64,000 bases of DNA from Candidatus Woesearchaeota archaeon (GTDB lineage Archaea; Nanobdellota; Nanobdellia; Pacearchaeales; GW2011-AR1), in assembly GCA_964372205.1 (NCBI GenBank), contig CAYJQB010000001.1, positions 226,967-290,966 on the forward strand, given 5' to 3'. Below the pieces are notes generated by a model that saw nothing but the letters and a program-made list of their open reading frames with translations, had not been told where the DNA came from and ran no database searches. Every line of letters starts with the position of its first letter. Within the stretch, counting starts at the first letter, position 1. Shown here piece by piece: positions 10,401 to 19,344 of this stretch. The position numbers and the translations under genes are program-made.

Positions 10401-11656
10401 CCAATATCCAATTGTACTCTTCTAAACCTGTCATCCATCCATGAAAAACTTTCAGAAGAATAACCTGTTGGAGGCTCAAGACTTAACAGAATATCTTTAT
10501 TAATTTCTAATGTAGAGTACATTGGCTTGGCATTTCCAAAGAAAGGAGGTCTGAACACTGTAAGTCCTGCATTTGCGGGAACGCTCTCAAGAACAGTAAG
10601 CACAGCAGCAGTTTGCAAACAAGGTCTACAACCAGAGTCATTCAACGGCTCTAAAGATATTGTTTTAATGATTGAATCTCCAGGTTGTGCAGTATATGGA
10701 AGCACAGGAACAAGAGAGCTGTTGTAAAGAGGACCTGCTCTTGAGTCAAATGGTTGTTCTTTAGTGGTCTTGTAATTAACAGTCCATCCATGATGGCTTC
10801 CGTCATAGTCAGGAGTCATACTTGTGATGGTTACAGGCCCCACAACCCAATAATCACCATTCGCGAACTGTCCATATTCTACATCTTCAGAAAAAGTCCA
10901 AGTTATTCCATACTGCGATAAACTAGAATTATAATCTCCTTCAGGATTGTATTCGTCATTGTCGCTAGTATCATCACATCCTGAATCTTCCAAATCAATA
11001 AGTCCATCACCATCATCATCAACACCATTAGAACAAGCAGGAGAGCTTCCTCCACCTCCTCCCCCACCGCCACCTCCTCCTCCGCCTCCTCCATTCCCAC
11101 GAGTTCCATCATCCCCATCTCCACCTTCATCTAACTGACAATTTATAGGAGAGACAGCAGAACAATACCCAAAAGATTCAGAACCAGCAGATATCTGAAC
11201 ATAATCAACACTCGACACTTCATCTCTAGAAAAGCTGAACTCTTTACTTCCAGGAGATAAATCAACCTTTCTCACAAACGGAAGAAATGCAAGCCAGTCA
11301 ACAGTCTTTTGCACAAGAATCCCAAGAGGAGAGAAATAAACATCTTCAGAAATACTATCATCAAGATTTTCAGTTGGATCTCCAAAAACAAAGTTTATTG
11401 AATCAACATTATCAAGATTTCCCTCAACAGTAACTTTAACCTCATCATTATCATATAAACAAGAAATAGGTTTTACAGAAGCTTCACTACAAAACTGTTC
11501 CAAAGATTGTGTTGTTCCATCTGCTCCTGAAGAAGTAGAATTTCCATCACTAATCAACTGAGGAAGAAACACAAGAAGTATTCCAACTGTAACAACAATT
11601 ATAGCAAGAACTAGATAATGCACAGGCTGTAATGTAAACCACCCTCTTTTAAACAT
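7445..11656 (-). CDS. giant secreted/surface protein (1403 aa) with signal anchor, 16-Gly tract, Cys-rich module and right-handed parallel beta-helix (pectate-lyase-fold) repeats
   Basis: Continuous 1403-aa ORF; first ~230 aa nearly identical to the neighbouring gene; Cys-rich CAPVMGYCVGG...CNGG block; repeated NNxIxxxxxxGI / IENNYIHD beta-helix repeats; conserved C-terminal ~40 aa shared with the paralogue. Confidence 0.85.
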   Translation of the reverse strand: MFKRGWFTLQPVHYLVLAIIVVTVGILLVFLPQLISDGNSTSSGADGTTQSLEQFCSEASVKPISCLYDNDEVKVTVEGNLDNVDSINFVFGDPTENLDDSISEDVYFSPLGILVQKTVDWLAFLPFVRKVDLSPGSKEFSFSRDEVSSVDYVQISAGSESFGYCSAVSPINCQLDEGGDGDDGTRGNGGGGGGGGGGGGGGGSSPACSNGVDDDGDGLIDLEDSGCDDTSDNDEYNPEGDYNSSLSQYGITWTFSEDVEYGQFANGDYWVVGPVTITSMTPDYDGSHHGWTVNYKTTKEQPFDSRAGPLYNSSLVPVLPYTAQPGDSIIKTISLEPLNDSGCRPCLQTAAVLTVLESVPANAGLTVFRPPFFGNAKPMYSTLEINKDILLSLEPPTGYSSESFSWMDDRFRRVQLDIGSYPGEQVRPYDNYNRSGSYRGYGGRVAIDNGDAALRFMLNDTYEDKFPQLVHYMQMGIDLYHIMDNGGVWYPNGGHGSGRKTPIIFTALLFNNQTWKDDVMNAPKMTFQEDGFLTFYPQANSGVGTVLFGEGTSWYWRALATDSASRTLSDPYGYIDGGVVPGTSYQKGINSLIWKGSVLINQLLPEAKNVWNNQLFEDYVNRWVNLGAWAQPDICAPVMGYCVGGSNNGNVCTYANVNACPNGYCAGGQCNGGDYNGQLCGVDHGPSPNDDCGGVRCENLIPEFYKVTYGENPNNLSSCIMDSDPSDGIGRFPYRHGQDNNTGGAGYISGFAEAMWNKYRINPPECRDFEDNDGDGLIDYGLDLECLSSDDNTENSTDEEATYYVSTSGNDGNPGTISQPWKTLQHAADVIQPRDTVLVREGVYDEIGYHYDARDEDISVWFNNEGLPGQPITFKAYPGEKPVVSGFSSLPGWQLCASQAECQDNPNWQNVYYVNKSNLPPIEEVVLFEESTLLSVAQDPTPVDKLYFNKPDGWYSPSEITQTSITDAAVFTHPDSNYWVGSYLIIHSGNNNIFYREILTYDPNLHIVTFESLDTSLEQDKDTYSLWNHPSIMDEPGEFYVDYDMSRIYLWPLSSVNNIQEFGKNIAFELNGKNNIIIDGFTIEGYVGTPIVNRDKGSNSDIQNIEIRNNELRHIKGFSIGILLADNLLIENNYIHDTLIGRGISIGGRNSSVQGTGFLVRSNEITRVGRTGIYFAFAKDGIISDNYIHDSAGQHGNSISTYQNSQDILVENNTVINATDMTVSESERITFRYNHGNVGISGWNSSYEGRSPNGITIERNSLVGSIGFGDNFQNVVVKNNIFGGGAVGPNYDRHHNLFVTDHWQQRTYNLSNYFESQELDMSLVFIDEANGDYHLTESSPIGEPPVDPCSMADDGGYVGAYPCLGGGGLPVGDLNYSPEEESNGWAKLIDNFKKILGFSIEEI
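11023..11656. repeat. ~640-bp direct repeat, copy 2 (5' end of giant gene 2)
   Basis: See copy 1. Confidence 0.8.
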
Positions 11657-11696
11657 GCCTTCTAAGAGAAATATTTCTATTTAAGCATTTAGAAAT

Positions 11697-12164
11697 TTAT
11701 ACAAGAGCAATATTCAAGGTAAACGCAAATCCACACCAGACTAAATAGGGCAAAAGTATCCATCTAGTTCTTCTGTCAATTTTCCCGGAGACGATTATCA
11801 TTCCAATTATAGTTATTATTATCAATGCCAGGTTTATCAAGGCAATAGTAGGTTTTTGCATTCCAAAGAAAAATATACTCCAAGTCATATTAAGAAACAG
11901 GTTAATCCCATAAATCCACGCAATACTTTTTTTCTCTTTCTTCCTGGCTTTGCTCCATGTCAGATATAGCGCTATCCCTATTAACAGATATAGAATTGTC
12001 CAAGCAATAGGGAATACAAAATCAGGTGGGGTGTAACTCGGTTTATTGATTTCATACCATTCACTATTTGCTCCGGGCGATGTGAACATACTTCCAATAG
12101 CTCCAGGCAAGAACGCCAGGATTACGCAAATCACCAATAGTTTCGTATTTACCCTCTTTTCCAT
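11697..12164 (-). CDS. tspO: TspO/MBR family tryptophan-rich sensory protein
   Basis: Five TM segments; WY..L.KPS..PP...FPIAWTILY..IGIA motif typical of TspO. Confidence 0.7.
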   Translation of the reverse strand: MEKRVNTKLLVICVILAFLPGAIGSMFTSPGANSEWYEINKPSYTPPDFVFPIAWTILYLLIGIALYLTWSKARKKEKKSIAWIYGINLFLNMTWSIFFFGMQKPTIALINLALIIITIIGMIIVSGKIDRRTRWILLPYLVWCGFAFTLNIALV

Positions 12165-12349
12165 AATTAATAAAAGAAAATAGAGTATAAAAACCTAATA
12201 GATTAGAAAAAGTATCTTCCATCAGCACCCGACATACATATCAGGAGCCAAGTTGTTTTTAATGTCTTCCTAGCTCCTGTCCATATTCCTTAGAATTTAT
12301 ATTTGTTATAGGTAATTAAAAACTAAAAAATAAAAAATATTTTGTGAGT

Positions 12350-12475
12350 TTATCTTCTAGCTCTTGTTGTTCTTCTAGCGCCTGTTGCTCTTGTTGTTCT
12401 TCTTGCAGCAGTTGTTGTTCTTCTAGCACCAGTTCTAGCTCTTGTTGTTCTTCTTTCAGCCATTTTATACCTCCT
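12350..12475. repeat. imperfect tandem repeat (unit ~ cttgttgttcttctagc) encoding an E/Q-rich 61-aa ORF on the minus strand
   Basis: Visible tandem repetition in the DNA; ORF 12316-12501 translates to EEQQ/LEEQQ low-complexity coiled-coil-like sequence. Confidence 0.4.
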
Positions 12476-12526
12476 TTCTGTAGATTACTATAGTAACTCA
12501 ATTATATAAAATTTGCTAATCTCCTC

Positions 12527-13426
12527 TTATTTACCGACGAGCTTAATGAGCACAGCTTTCTCTGCCCACATCCTGTTTTCAGCCTGATTATACACAATAC
12601 TTCTCTTTGAGTCCATCACTCCATCAGTCACTTCATGCCCCCTTCCAGCCGGAAGGCAATGCATAAACAACGCCTTTTTGCTTACATTGAACAATTTTTC
12701 GTTAACCTGGTAAGGCTTGAATATCTTCTCCCGAGACTTTTCCTGATTTGCAGGTATCTGATAACTCATCCAGCTATCCGTGTATATCACATCAGCATTC
12801 TGCACAGCTTTTTCAGCATCTTTCTCATAGACATACTTGACATTTCCAATAGCCTTAGGGTTAGGCATAAAATCTTTCCCAGAAGGGCAGGACACAACCA
12901 TCTTTGCCCCAATCTTTTCAGCTCCAAGAATCAAATCGTGAGTTACATTGTTGTTCCCATCACCCAAATATACTATTTTGATACCCTTTAACTTTCCAAG
13001 ATGTTCTTTGATTGTCATAAAATCTCCTAATATTTGGCAAGGATGATAGTAATTTGTTAACCCATTTATTATAGGCACATCGGAATTCAATGCCAGCTCT
13101 TCAATATCTCTATGCTCATACAGCCGAGCCATTACAACATCAACATATCTGCTTATAACTTTAGAAAAATCCTTTATAGATTCTTTTTTTCCAAGAGTCG
13201 AATCTCCTAAATTGTAGAAGATAGGATATCCCCCAAGCTGATGCATAGCCACCTCAAAGCTCAAATGTGTTCTTAACGAAGGTTTTGCAAATATCATAAG
13301 AAGAGTTTTCCCAGAAAGAGTTTTCATCTGTTTCTTAGGAGACTTCTTCAACTTAATTCCCAGATTAACTATCTCTAAAATTTCCTTTTCAGACAAATCT
13401 TTTATAGATAAAAGATGCTTTCTCAT
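12527..13426 (-). CDS. ornithine-carbamoyltransferase-family enzyme (OTC/PTC-like)
   Basis: Carbamoyl-phosphate motif region SLRTH (STRTR variant), HPCQ (HPxQ) and HCLP motifs typical of OTCases. Confidence 0.75.
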   Translation of the reverse strand: MRKHLLSIKDLSEKEILEIVNLGIKLKKSPKKQMKTLSGKTLLMIFAKPSLRTHLSFEVAMHQLGGYPIFYNLGDSTLGKKESIKDFSKVISRYVDVVMARLYEHRDIEELALNSDVPIINGLTNYYHPCQILGDFMTIKEHLGKLKGIKIVYLGDGNNNVTHDLILGAEKIGAKMVVSCPSGKDFMPNPKAIGNVKYVYEKDAEKAVQNADVIYTDSWMSYQIPANQEKSREKIFKPYQVNEKLFNVSKKALFMHCLPAGRGHEVTDGVMDSKRSIVYNQAENRMWAEKAVLIKLVGK

Positions 13427-14730
13427 ATAAACTTCCTCTTTTTTAGGACATTTTCAAGACTAAGTCCTATTTCAACAAGAGCATAAGTAACATTTACAAT
13501 AGGCTTCTTTGCCTTTATCAATCTGGAGAGTTTTATTGGTGTTCCGCTGACAATCACATCACAAGGAGTCCTGTTTATAGTATCTTGAAGTTCCTTTATC
13601 TGCTTCTTCCCATACCCCATTGCTGGAAGAACTTCAGTTACATGAGGATACTTAGAATAAGTTTCTTTTATAGAGCCAACAGAGTAAGGTTTTGGGCTGA
13701 CGATTGTAGCTCCACTATTCTTTGCAGCAATATAACCTGCTCCGAATTTCATCCCTCCATGAGTTAAAGTTGGACCATCCTCAACAATCAATGCTCTCTG
13801 CCCTGCTAAATGGTCTCTATCAATAGTCAGTTCAGAAGCGGCATGTATGACAATTGCTGATGGGTTGAATTTCTTTATGTTGTCTTCAATTTTAGTCACC
13901 CCTTCTTTAGGTGCTGTCTGGACTTTATTAATAACAATAACGTCAGCCATCCTAAAATTAGCTTCTCCGGGATGATATAGCAATTCATGCCCTGCTCTGA
14001 AAGGGTCCGTAACAACAATATGTAAATCCGGCTTGTAGAAAGGTAAGTCGTTATTTCCTCCATCCCAAAGGATTATGTCTGCTTCTTTTTCAGCCATTCT
14101 TATTATTTTCTCATAATCAACTCCGGCATAGATTACCATTCCTTCCCTTATCCAAGGTTCATATTCTTCTCTTTCTTCAATAGTGCAATCTTGCTTGTCA
14201 AAATCTTGATAGTTTGCAAATCTCTGCACCTCCTGTTTAATCAAATTTCCATAAGGCATAGGATGTCTTATAGCCACAACTCTCTTTCCTTTTTTCTTAA
14301 GAATCTCTGCAACTTTTCTTGTTGTCTGGCTTTTTCCACTTCCAGTCCTTACAGCACAAACAGCAATAACGGGCTTTTTTGATTTTATCATTGTGTCCTC
14401 TGCCCCCAATAAAACATAGGTTGCCCCATTTGCAATAGCTATAGATGCCTTATGCATGACTTCTTCATGAGTTATATCAGAATATGCAAATACAACTTCG
14501 TCTATCTTGTATTTCTTTATTAGTTCAGGAAGCTGTTCCTCAGGGAATATTGGAATATCTTGTTTGTATCTTTTTCCAGCAAGTTTTTTTGGAAAAGTCC
14601 TTTTTTCAATACCTGGGATTTGGGCAGCCGTAAAGAATTTAACATCATAGTGCGGACTATCTCTATATTTTACAATGAAATTATGAAAATCTCTTCCTCC
14701 AGCACCTATTATGGCAACGTTCCTCTTCAT
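13423..14730 (-). CDS. two-domain protein: N-terminal Rossmann-like domain plus MobB-like P-loop NTPase (possibly DUF1611 / cyclic-2,3-diphosphoglycerate-synthetase-like); function uncertain
   Basis: VAIIGAGGRDFHNF glycine-rich Rossmann start; Walker A VRTGSGKSQTT followed by VAIRH as in MobB-type P-loops; 4-nt overlaps with both neighbours. Confidence 0.35.
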   Translation of the reverse strand: MKRNVAIIGAGGRDFHNFIVKYRDSPHYDVKFFTAAQIPGIEKRTFPKKLAGKRYKQDIPIFPEEQLPELIKKYKIDEVVFAYSDITHEEVMHKASIAIANGATYVLLGAEDTMIKSKKPVIAVCAVRTGSGKSQTTRKVAEILKKKGKRVVAIRHPMPYGNLIKQEVQRFANYQDFDKQDCTIEEREEYEPWIREGMVIYAGVDYEKIIRMAEKEADIILWDGGNNDLPFYKPDLHIVVTDPFRAGHELLYHPGEANFRMADVIVINKVQTAPKEGVTKIEDNIKKFNPSAIVIHAASELTIDRDHLAGQRALIVEDGPTLTHGGMKFGAGYIAAKNSGATIVSPKPYSVGSIKETYSKYPHVTEVLPAMGYGKKQIKELQDTINRTPCDVIVSGTPIKLSRLIKAKKPIVNVTYALVEIGLSLENVLKKRKFI

Positions 14731-15161
14731 TTAAACCTCTTCTCATAAAAATAAAATGCATTTCCCTTTTTATATCCTATCTTTTCATTAAATTTTTGCA
14801 TCTTTTTGTTGTCAATTTTGACTATTTGAGTAATATATTTGAATCTCATTTTTTTCGCCTGTTTTTCACATTCCTCTACAAGCTTAGTGGCTATTCCCTC
14901 ACCTCTGAACTTCTGGAACACAAAAATATCGTTCAAAATTGTTTGCTTCACGCTTGGAATGTGATGGGCAATCAAGAACCCCTGTACCTCACTACCATTC
15001 TCGGCAATCAAGACAAGATTGTCTTTGTCATATTTTATCACCGCCTTAAGCCAATCTTTATCATAGGTATCTCCAGTAGCATTTGATTGCAACTCCGGAG
15101 TCTCTGTAAGTATTTTCCATAAAATATTGAAATCAGTCTCTTTTGCTTTTCGTATTTTCAT
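14727..15161 (-). CDS. GNAT family N-acetyltransferase
   Basis: QKFRGEGIATKLV acetyl-CoA binding motif (Q/RxxGxG/A). Confidence 0.7.
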   Translation of the reverse strand: MKIRKAKETDFNILWKILTETPELQSNATGDTYDKDWLKAVIKYDKDNLVLIAENGSEVQGFLIAHHIPSVKQTILNDIFVFQKFRGEGIATKLVEECEKQAKKMRFKYITQIVKIDNKKMQKFNEKIGYKKGNAFYFYEKRFK

Positions 15162-16045
15162 CTTGTAATTGTCGTCCCGCTTTTTCCTACTAATGCTTTA
15201 GTTATGTTTTCTATGTTTGTGATTATCACTTTTCCTCTTCTTTTTTCCAGAAAGTTTATCGCAGCCTGTATCTTTGGTCCCATGCTTCCAGGAGGAAAAT
15301 GACCTTCTTTGTAAAGTTTTTTTATTTCTTTCAAGCTAATTTTGTCAAGTCCTTTTTCATCAGAGGAGTTGTAGCTCAAATAAGCCCTATCAACATCAGT
15401 CACCATTATGAAAACCTCAGCCCCTGTCGAATTTGCAACGCACGCAGATGCTAAATCTTTATCAATTACAGCTTCAGCACCTTCTAATTTTCCATTTTTG
15501 TATATCACAGGAATCCCTCCTCCACCAGCAGCAATAACAACAGCCTTCTGTTTCAGAAGGTTATTTACAGACTCAGACTCAATTATTTTTATAGGATTAG
15601 GGGACGCAACGACTCTTCTGTATCCCCTGTCAGAATCTTTTTTTATTTTGAAATCATTTTTCAATCTATCAGCTTCCAGCTTTGTATAAAAAGGTCCAAT
15701 AAACTTTGTGGGATTCTTAAATCCAGAATCATTTTTATCTACAAGAACTTGAGTAATAAGAGTTATCACCTCTCTGTTCCTTAGAACATTATGCAGTTTT
15801 TGTTGTATCATATAACCTATTTGTCCTCCGGTCTCTGCATCTAATATATCAAGAGGAGCATTCTGTTGCATTAGTAAATAGCCAACCTGAGGTCCGTTTC
15901 CATGAGTTATCACAACATCATTCTTCTTTATCACAGGAGCAAGAGCCTTTATAGCTTTGGTAACATTTCTCTCCTGAGTATCAAATGTAGGTTTCTCTCC
16001 CTTTTTCAGAAGTGCATTTCCGCCAAGTGCAATCACAAGTCTCAT
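15158..16045 (-). CDS. arcC: carbamate kinase
   Basis: LVIALGGNAL...VVITHGNGPQVG hallmark motifs of carbamate kinase; 295 aa. Confidence 0.8.
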   Translation of the reverse strand: MRLVIALGGNALLKKGEKPTFDTQERNVTKAIKALAPVIKKNDVVITHGNGPQVGYLLMQQNAPLDILDAETGGQIGYMIQQKLHNVLRNREVITLITQVLVDKNDSGFKNPTKFIGPFYTKLEADRLKNDFKIKKDSDRGYRRVVASPNPIKIIESESVNNLLKQKAVVIAAGGGGIPVIYKNGKLEGAEAVIDKDLASACVANSTGAEVFIMVTDVDRAYLSYNSSDEKGLDKISLKEIKKLYKEGHFPPGSMGPKIQAAINFLEKRRGKVIITNIENITKALVGKSGTTITR

Positions 16046-17193
16046 TTCTTCAACACCCTTTCTATTTTATCCATTGCAGTTTCAATAAGTTTGTAGTCTG
16101 TTGCAAAACTACATCTTACATAACCCTCTCCATGAGGCCCGAATTCAGTTCCAGGTATCACTGCAACCTTTGCTTTTTCAAGAAGCATCTTTGCAAATCT
16201 GCTTGAGTTGTTACTATACCTCTGAATATTTGAAAAAGTGTAAAATGCTCCAGAAGGAGTTATAGTGGGCATGTTAAGTTCATTCAATCTTTTAACAATA
16301 AGGTCCCTTCTTCTTTTATACTCTTTGTTCATTGAATTGATATATTTCTTATCGAGAGAAAGAGCTTTGATTCCCATAAACTGTGGTAAGCTAGGTGGAG
16401 AGACAGTCATGTAATAGTGGGATTTATTCATATCACGAATAAGTTTTTTAGGACCGATAGCATAACCTAATCTAAATCCACACATTGCAAATGTCTTTGA
16501 GAATGTTTGGAATGTTGCAACATAGTCTTCCATACCATTCAAACTTCCAACAGACACATGTTTTTTGTCATCGTAAATTATTTGTTCGTATGCTTCATCT
16601 GAAAAGATGTAAATATTTTTGTCAACAGCAACATCTGCCAATTCCTCCAGGATTTTTTTTGAAAGAACAGTTCCGGTTGGATTTCCAGGAGTGTTGATTA
16701 TTATTGCCTTTGTCTTTCTAGGATTTATCATTTTTTTAAGCTCATCAGGGTTTATTGAAAATCCCTCTTCTTCTTTAAGTTTCAAGAATACTGGAACTCC
16801 ATTTGCAAGTTCTACAACAGGCCTATATCCAGCATATCCAGGACTTGTCATAATAATCTGTTCAGTTGGATCAATAGAAGTCAATATAGCAGAAAAAAGA
16901 GCTTCCTGACTTCCACAAGTTACTAATACCCTATCAATATCCGCATTTATTTTATTTTCTTTTTTGACTTTTTTGATTATAGCTTCTCTTAATTCTTTCA
17001 TCCCCCTAGGGTCAGAATAATGAGTAGCTTTGTCTATCATTTTCTTAGCATAGTCCAATAAAGGTTTAGGAGTGATAAAATCCGGTTCTCCAGGCCCTAG
17101 AGAAATCACTTTCTTGTCATTGATGACTCTATCAAAAATTTTAGGAAATTCCAGTTCAGGAAGTTGCAACTCTCTTTCAGACAGATGTACCAT
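16042..17193 (-). CDS. class I/II pyridoxal-phosphate aminotransferase (AspAT-like)
   Basis: FSKTFAMCGFRLGY (SxSKxFxMxGxRxGY PLP-lysine motif), 383 aa. Confidence 0.8.
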   Translation of the reverse strand: MVHLSERELQLPELEFPKIFDRVINDKKVISLGPGEPDFITPKPLLDYAKKMIDKATHYSDPRGMKELREAIIKKVKKENKINADIDRVLVTCGSQEALFSAILTSIDPTEQIIMTSPGYAGYRPVVELANGVPVFLKLKEEEGFSINPDELKKMINPRKTKAIIINTPGNPTGTVLSKKILEELADVAVDKNIYIFSDEAYEQIIYDDKKHVSVGSLNGMEDYVATFQTFSKTFAMCGFRLGYAIGPKKLIRDMNKSHYYMTVSPPSLPQFMGIKALSLDKKYINSMNKEYKRRRDLIVKRLNELNMPTITPSGAFYTFSNIQRYSNNSSRFAKMLLEKAKVAVIPGTEFGPHGEGYVRCSFATDYKLIETAMDKIERVLKK

Positions 17194-17278
17194 ATAGCCT
17201 CTTTGTCCTCTTAATTTCGGAAAGATTGTTTAAATAAGTTCCCAATAGTATTTAAAAGCCAATCCGAGCTGAGATTAT

Positions 17279-17776
17279 ATGGACGAAAGTAGAGTTTATT
17301 TCCATCGCATTCCACAGACAGATTGGACTTTCATTGCAGATTCTAAAAGGCAGATAATCGGTTCTGTAAAATCTATAAATCATGAGAGATGGAAAGCCCA
17401 TAGAGATAGAAATCAGCAATTGGTTGTGCCTAATCTGGACGCAATCATCTCTTTGGCTTATGTTAATATTCCATTCGTCTTTCCAGACTCTACAAATGTC
17501 TCCGAAGAAGTTAGAATAGCCCCCAGAGTAAGCATCCACTTTGATTTAAGAGATGTAGGGTATCTAATGAGCTTAAGGGATATGACTTGGCAGGCAGGAG
17601 AGCTCTCTGGTTTTTACACAGGAAAAGATTCAATAACATTTACACCTGAAAGAATTATAGATGCAATTTCCGACTATGACTGGGAAAGTCATATTGAAAG
17701 AATGATGCCTCTAATTACTCAACCCGTTCCTGTAAGAAAAGTAATCCACAGGGCTCATCACACAAGGGAAATTTAG
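17279..17776 (+). CDS. hypothetical protein
   Basis: 165-aa ORF; competing 95-aa minus ORF overlaps its 5' part. Confidence 0.35.
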   Translation: MDESRVYFHRIPQTDWTFIADSKRQIIGSVKSINHERWKAHRDRNQQLVVPNLDAIISLAYVNIPFVFPDSTNVSEEVRIAPRVSIHFDLRDVGYLMSLRDMTWQAGELSGFYTGKDSITFTPERIIDAISDYDWESHIERMMPLITQPVPVRKVIHRAHHTREI

Positions 17777-18246
17777 CTTTGTTTGTTCCAATCAGAATTA
17801 ATCTTAGTCAAGAACTCTTGCATTTTTGGATTGAAGTCTGCATTCCAGAATTTCACACTATCATCTATAAATTCAGCTTCTCTTTTCTTGTCTTTAGAAA
17901 GTCCAACCAAAGTATTCCTGCTTGCAAGTTCCATAGCCTTTCTTATTAGTCTCCATAGATCATTCCTTTCTTGTTGACTAAGAGATTTGCTTTCAGAATT
18001 CATTATCATGTCAGAAGGGTTTGGAAATATCAGATTATACATGTAAGAGTTCCAGTTCATCAAATTTTCAGAGATTCGCGAACAAATTTGTCTCGAGAGT
18101 GCGTCGCTAACAAAACCATCTTTCAAAATAGCATCTTTCACAAAAAATATTTTTTCAATATCTTGGAAACTTGATTTGAAGCCAAGCTCTTTCTGCATTT
18201 TTTCAAAACTCTTCTCAAACTCCTCTAAAAGTTCATGTTTGCTCAT
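17773..18246 (-). CDS. hypothetical protein
   Basis: 157-aa ORF, 4-nt overlap with downstream phosphoesterase gene start region. Confidence 0.4.
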   Translation of the reverse strand: MSKHELLEEFEKSFEKMQKELGFKSSFQDIEKIFFVKDAILKDGFVSDALSRQICSRISENLMNWNSYMYNLIFPNPSDMIMNSESKSLSQQERNDLWRLIRKAMELASRNTLVGLSKDKKREAEFIDDSVKFWNADFNPKMQEFLTKINSDWNKQS

Positions 18247-18851
18247 ATGTCTATTACAACACCTTTCTTTCCCACATTTATAACTCTTGTCTTGTCAATA
18301 AGCTCTTCCATCCCAGAGGCTTCATGTATATGCCCATGTAATAACAAATCTGGCTTAAATTTCTTTACTGCTTTTCTTATAGCTTCACTACCTTCTATCC
18401 CAGAGAATTCAGACTTACTTCCTGCAGGATGCATGTGAGTGAGCATTACTTTTTTCTCTATACCTTCAAGTCCCTTGTGTGCTTTTTCAAGTGTCTTCAT
18501 AAGTTCTCTTTCACTAACTCTTGAAAACGGTCCAACATCTGCCCCTCCTGCTCCGAAAAATCCTATCTTATCATACACTGCAGAATATCCATGTATATTT
18601 CTCATTCCATAAAAATTTGCAAGAAAGTCTGTCGTAGCAAAACTATCCCAGTTTCCAGGCAGAAGAAGAACTTTCTGATTTTTTTTCTTGAAAGGCTTTA
18701 GGAGGTTATCACTCTCTTTAAGCCCAGTTATATCTCCACAAAGAACTACTAAATCAACCCCTTCTTTTTCAGCTCTCTCTGATAAGCTCTTTGTTGCACG
18801 CGTATCTCCATGAATATCCGATGCAGCCAAGATTTTTAGTTTTCTTGTCAT
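18243..18851 (-). CDS. metallophosphoesterase (calcineurin-like, YfcE-type)
   Basis: DIHGD, LCGDITG, GNWD, HMHP and HGHIHE metal-binding motifs in canonical order. Confidence 0.75.
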   Translation of the reverse strand: MTRKLKILAASDIHGDTRATKSLSERAEKEGVDLVVLCGDITGLKESDNLLKPFKKKNQKVLLLPGNWDSFATTDFLANFYGMRNIHGYSAVYDKIGFFGAGGADVGPFSRVSERELMKTLEKAHKGLEGIEKKVMLTHMHPAGSKSEFSGIEGSEAIRKAVKKFKPDLLLHGHIHEASGMEELIDKTRVINVGKKGVVIDI

Positions 18852-19015
18852 AACTCCTAGTAAGAAATAAGGTTTAATAGCTTTACTAACTCTTAAAAAG
18901 GATGAAAAACCATTTTAACAGAGCGACACGGATTAACTACTATTCTAGATAACAATCAGGCAGAAAAGTTTAAAAGCTATATAACGATTGAAATATATAG
19001 GTTGAAATATATAAG

Positions 19016-19282
19016 ATGAAAGACAATTTCGATGTATTCTTCAGGAGAAAGCCTGCATTGATGTTAGTTGCTTTAAAGAAGCTATCAAGGGCAAGATACG
19101 GCAGTTTACTAGCAAAAGAAGTTGACTGCACATACAGCCATGCTGTAAAAATCCTTCAGGCATTAGAAAAACTAGGATTGGTTGTTTTTGAAAAGAAAGG
19201 AAGAATGAAACTTATCAAGCTTACAAAGAAAGGCACAGAAGTCGCCAATAACATAGAAAACATCAAAAGACTTATAAGTTAA
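19016..19282 (+). CDS. winged-helix transcriptional regulator
   Basis: 88 aa; LAKEVDCTYSHAVKILQALEKLGLV helix-turn-helix followed by wing. Confidence 0.45.
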   Translation: MKDNFDVFFRRKPALMLVALKKLSRARYGSLLAKEVDCTYSHAVKILQALEKLGLVVFEKKGRMKLIKLTKKGTEVANNIENIKRLIS

Positions 19283-19344
19283 GCCTAGAATTCTTAAGTT
19301 TCTAAAATCGAAAGGTTTAAAATGTACTCAAATGTTATCTTTTT

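Noticed and set aside
12635-12991. 118-aa plus-strand ORF inside the transcarbamylase gene, and similar antisense ORFs inside cdc48, ileS, EF-2 and rpoA
   Set aside because: These are antisense to long motif-rich genes, which is typical of ORF-scan noise in AT-rich DNA.
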